64,000 nt of DNA from an uncultured Methanosarcinaceae archaeon. GTDB taxonomy: Archaea; Halobacteriota; Methanosarcinia; Methanosarcinales; Methanosarcinaceae. The notes beneath the pieces are model-generated. The model was not told the DNA's origin, did no database searches, and worked only from the letters and a program-made list of their open reading frames with translations. The stretch lies in contig CAWJYV010000010.1 of assembly GCA_963847185.1 (NCBI GenBank), positions 128,001 to 192,000 on the forward strand, written 5' to 3'. The position numbers and the translations under genes were made by a program. Shown here in pieces: positions 61,360-64,000 of this stretch; the first letter of the stretch is position 1; the number at the start of each line of letters is the position of its first letter.

Positions 61360-62493
61360 AGCTTACGCATTTGCCTGCCTTGCAGGCAACTTTTTAATTT
61401 TCTCAAGTTTTAATCCAAAGTATATATTGGGTTTCTTATAAATTGATTAACAGCATTTCTTGTAATGTTCCACTTTGTTTCAAACCATGTAATCCCTGTT
61501 TTTATTCTTTGGATCTCAAATCTTAGAAATGCTCTTATCGCCATCATAATGTGTGCTCTTTGCACATTGTTTCTTCTTGCCTGACAGCGTTCTACTCCAC
61601 AAAACTGTTTTATTCCTCTATGATACTCTTCTATTTTCCAGGCTTTTTTCCCCAACTCTTTCCTTTTTTCTTCCTTCATATCCAGTACATCTGTAGCCCA
61701 GTATTGCGTGTCTTCTTCTTTGGAAACTATCCGAAATACCTTAATAAAGCCGTATTCTTTCAGATGAACCGTCATTCCTTCTGATGGAATAGTTAACAAT
61801 TCAATTGCTACATTACCAGTCTTATTAGGGTTAACTAACCTGTTTTTCTTCAACCTTGTTAACCAGTGCCATCCTTTTTTCCTGATTTCTTTGAGATTCT
61901 TTATGCTTGAATACCATGTATCAAACAGAACAAATTCGGGTATAAAACAGCGTTCTTCTGCCTTATTTAGCATATCAAGGAAGTGATCATTTTTTGTTTT
62001 TCCATCAGTGTCTATATCGTAAATTCTAAAGTCAACAGGGATTATAGCATCATTATATGTCCAGACAACGGTTTCAAGATTAATCCCATTTACAATCTGA
62101 TGATGTTTACCACTCCATTGCCTGTAGACAAGATCAATGTGTTTGGAATAAGGTTTATCAAGAACGGTATCATCGATAATAAGAAATCCAGTGTCAGGAA
62201 TGACAAAATCATTGACTTCTTCCCATAAAGCCTCCGTGTCCGGAGGCTGCCTTAGAAGAAGACGAGAAAAAGAGTCATGGGCTGGACTAGTAGAGTCTAT
62301 AAAACTGCACTTAGAAGCTTCAGTACAGCTGAAGACTCGAGAAGAAGCAATGAGAAAGTTGATGTAATCAAGTTCAGTGCATTTAGCCGGATTTATTCAT
62401 TCAACTCAAAGATTTCTTTTGATTATACTACATATATTATATTGAAAGAAGTATTTTAATATGATTTACAAAAGTGCTTCAACCGCGTAAGCT
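61360..62493 (-). mobile_element. IS701-family insertion sequence
   Basis: IR AGCTTACGC / GCGTAAGCT; short flanking direct repeat (T)TCG; contains a DDE transposase. Confidence 0.85.
61410..62396 (-). CDS. IS701-family transposase (328 aa), ATA at the expected start
   Basis: Uninterrupted frame INPAKC...HDSFSR...IIDDTVLDKPY...FDTWY...WKIEEYHRGIKQ; in-frame TGA directly upstream. Confidence 0.82.
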   Translation of the reverse strand: MNPAKCTELDYINFLIASSRVFSCTEASKCSFIDSTSPAHDSFSRLLLRQPPDTEALWEEVNDFVIPDTGFLIIDDTVLDKPYSKHIDLVYRQWSGKHHQIVNGINLETVVWTYNDAIIPVDFRIYDIDTDGKTKNDHFLDMLNKAEERCFIPEFVLFDTWYSSIKNLKEIRKKGWHWLTRLKKNRLVNPNKTGNVAIELLTIPSEGMTVHLKEYGFIKVFRIVSKEEDTQYWATDVLDMKEEKRKELGKKAWKIEEYHRGIKQFCGVERCQARRNNVQRAHIMMAIRAFLRFEIQRIKTGITWFETKWNITRNAVNQFIRNPIYTLD

Positions 62494-62523
62494 TCGTATT
62501 AATTTTCACTTTTCTTAACCCCA

Positions 62524-62555
62524 TGCTCTCACCGGGTGCGAAGCAGCCGGCTTTT
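62524..62555 (-). repeat. Dispersed GC hairpin repeat, copy 2
   Basis: rc CCGGCTGCTTCGCACCCGGTGAGAGCA, similar to 35971. Confidence 0.7.
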
Positions 62556-62976
62556 ATATGAAATCATAGAGGAAATGTAAAGAAAAGAGACGTGTGATTT
62601 TTGATTTTAAATGATTTCTTCAGTGCATTTCCTGCTTTCCCATACTTACCACACTCTACACCGGATTGAAGGTTCTTTTATCAACGAAACGCTTTGCTTC
62701 CTTCCCTTCAATCCGGCAGCAGAACAGCAACATAGAATCACTTCACGAAAGGAAAGTTTTTATTTGCTTGGTTATTTCTCTCTTTTTTCTCTTTTTAGGA
62801 ATGACCGCTCTCCTTCGTCGAGCGTGACGAAAACGACGCAGTATGGCGAATATGGGTGTAAGGGTCAAAATTCAGGAGTGTGAATCAGACTTGTTTTTTT
62901 CAAAAATATCAACCATGTAAAGGTGATGACCAATCTGTCAGAAAATAAATAAATGAGAATGATATAACTAAACTCA

Positions 62977-63513
62977 ATGACTCTTACAATCCGCCCCGAA
63001 ACTCCTTCTGACTATCCTGCAATAACCGAAGTAAACGACCTTGCCTTCGGACAGCCTGCTGAAGGAAAACTTGTAGAAGACCTCCGGAAAAATCCTAAAT
63101 TTGTCACGGAGCTTTCTTTTGTGGCTGAAACCAATGAAGAAATTGTTGGCCATATTCTCTTTTTCCCTATAGTAATCAGATCAGTGGCAGGAAAGGAAAA
63201 GGAGACTATTTCTCTTGCCCCACTTGCAGTTCGGCCTGAGTTCCAAAAACAGGGCATTGGAGGTAAACTCATAAGAAAAGGGCTTAAAGCTTGCCGGCAA
63301 TTGGGATATGATTCCGTGATAGTCTTTGGGCATCCTGAGTATTATCCAAAATTCGGGTTTAGACCAGCTGGCACATGGAACATAAAAGATACCTTTGGAG
63401 CGCCTGCCGAAGCATTCATGGCACTGGAATTAAAGGAAGGCGGACTTGAAGGTGCCAGTGGAATAGTGGAATTACCTGAAGAATTCAAGGTACCTGAAGA
63501 GCACAATTATTAA
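62977..63513 (+). CDS. GNAT N-acetyltransferase (YhbS-like)
   Basis: IRPETP, VGHILF, LAPLAVRPEFQKQGIG, GHPEYYPKFGF. Confidence 0.92.
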   Translation: MTLTIRPETPSDYPAITEVNDLAFGQPAEGKLVEDLRKNPKFVTELSFVAETNEEIVGHILFFPIVIRSVAGKEKETISLAPLAVRPEFQKQGIGGKLIRKGLKACRQLGYDSVIVFGHPEYYPKFGFRPAGTWNIKDTFGAPAEAFMALELKEGGLEGASGIVELPEEFKVPEEHNY

Positions 63514-63697
63514 GATGAGATGGCTTGAGAGATAGGCTATAATAATTTTTGAAAGGCTATAATAATTTTTGAATATTTGCGATATAAACAGCTGTTTATT
63601 TCTAAGAAACTCTTTAAATTATATTTATCTCATTTGGTTAAAGATTTGATACTACTCAATCTTTTAATCATTATTTTGATTTTTGAACAAAGTTTAC

Positions 63698-63824
63698 GGA
63701 GTCGCTTGTGGAAATGTTTGAGTATAGTGTAAAAATGTGCCGAAGTTATTGAGCTGTGGGTACTAAGATGACTGATTAATTACTTATGGCTTGTCTGTTT
63801 CAAAATAAGCTTCAAAACGACTCC
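63698..63824. mobile_element. MITE-like element
   Basis: IR GGAGTCGCTTGTG / TCAAAACGACTCC; same end motif as the collapsed element at 55337-55368. Confidence 0.55.
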
Positions 63825-63827
63825 ATT

Positions 63828-64000
63828 TTATGGCTTGCCCAATTCCCTATATTTTTTTGCGGCCACTGCTATTTTCTTATATTTTTCTTTTTCAAGCCGT
63901 TTCAGTCCGATTTCTGATTTTTTTGATTGGAATCTAAGTTCGTCAGTTAACCTGTGATAACTGGCCAGTCGCTCCTCTAAAATACGCCCGTCTCTTACTG
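63828..64000 (-). CDS. rsgA: 3' end of a probable ribosome small subunit-dependent GTPase A (partial)
   Basis: Open frame [23 protein letters not shown]...GKP*, resembling the RsgA C-terminal AV..G...ERL.SY..L motif. Confidence 0.65.
   Translation of the reverse strand, partial: VRDGRILEERLASYHRLTDELRFQSKKSEIGLKRLEKEKYKKIAVAAKKYRELGKP

Overview
Archaeal chromosomal DNA, almost certainly Methanosarcina, inferred from gatE, an HdrA-MvhD fusion with polyferredoxin, methanogenesis marker 11, archaeal ppcA and metX-CBS. Core and metabolic genes (hdrA, gatE, pepD, hcp, ppcA, PPK2, metX, gdx/sugE, a PflX-like radical SAM, the rsgA 3' end) alternate with accessory blocks: a sulfatase/maturase cluster, SnoaL paralogs, secreted small proteins, a 22-repeat TPR protein, a pilin and a flippase. 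Mobile DNA is dense: a complete IS1, an IS701-family element, a probable IS200/IS605 relic and at least six small inverted-repeat elements (MITEs), three of them nested. Highlights: (1) two secreted-peptide genes at 39.1 and 42.2 kb share promoter, pre-RBS motif and signal peptide but carry unrelated repeat payloads, one a Trp-heptad peptide, and they flank a membrane-anchored wHTH gene; (2) the metX leader holds a tandem palindromic operator, a Cys-rich uORF with an in-frame amber codon and a collapsed metY; (3) three genes appear to lack a canonical start (ATT, ACG, ATA); (4) a 2.5 kb AT-rich gene-free stretch contains a duplicated promoter-like unit; (5) there is a candidate hairpin sRNA at 57.9 kb. 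No CRISPR array, rRNA or tRNA was seen. All calls were made by eye, with no database searches.
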